A stretch of DNA of 64,000 nucleotides from Squalus acanthias (taxonomy: Eukaryota): the NCBI GenBank assembly GCA_030390025.1, contig JASTWF010000340.1:248001-312000 (forward strand), in the 5' to 3' direction. A program made the translations under genes and the position numbers. Shown piece after piece: positions 63,582 to 64,000 of the stretch. The notes under the pieces were generated by a model. The model was not told where the DNA came from and did no database searches. It saw nothing but the letters and a program-made list of their open reading frames with translations. The stretch's first letter is position 1. Each line of letters begins with the position of its first letter.

Positions 63582-64000
63582 GATTACTACCCTAGAGGTT
63601 CTGTTTTTTAATTTGGCCCCTAGCTGCTCATACTCCCTCAGCAGAACCTCATTCCTTGTCCTATCGATGTCATTGGTACCAACATGGACCACGACAACTG
63701 GATCTTCCCCCTCCCACTCCAAGTTTCTCTCCAGCCCAGAGGAGATGTCCTTAACCCTGGCACCGGGCAGGCAACATAGCCTTCGGGACTCTCGCTCTCG
63801 GCTGCAAAGAACCCTATCTATCCCCTTAATGATACTATCCCCTACCACTACAACATTTCTTTTTACTCCCCCCACTTGAATGGCTCCCCGTACCACAGTG
63901 CTGTGGCCAGGTTGCTCATCCTCCCTGCAGTCCCTGCTCCCGTCCTCACAGGGAGTAAGAGCCTCGAACCTGTTGGACAAGAGCAAGGGCTGCGGCTCCT
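63582..64000 (-). mobile_element. CR1 ORF1 esterase fragment
   Basis: LSNRFEAL, VVVGDS, CLPGA and VHVGTND motifs. Confidence 0.85.

Overview
Eukaryotic, repeat-dominated window, most likely from a cartilaginous fish. That assignment is inferred from the repeat families and receptor type, not verified. Most of the sequence is CR1-clade LINE, ranging from an uninterrupted 978-aa ORF2 to heavily decayed nested copies. It also holds L2 fragments, tRNA-derived/Deu-type SINEs, Penelope-like remnants with minimal hammerhead cores, five copies of a hairpin-rich TIR MITE with 3-bp TSDs, a ~19-kb tandem array of a ~1.65-kb TE-mosaic unit, and a 20-bp minisatellite. Host genes are two paralogous two-exon class A GPCRs of the GPR139/GPR142-like type, whose first exons are missed by the ORF track. 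Gene A (30740-36564) has stop-free exons, but both intron-terminal G residues are A (AT..AA) and a young CR1 sits next to its acceptor. Gene B (57202-61332) is canonical GT-AG and 323 aa, but lacks the TM3 cysteine and has a MITE inserted in a 35-bp promoter block shared by both paralogues. There is also a possible minus-strand signal-peptide exon with ETS/RUNX motifs and a duplicated AP-1+CTCF-like element near 27-29 kb. All calls were made by eye; repeat boundaries are approximate unless a TSD is quoted.
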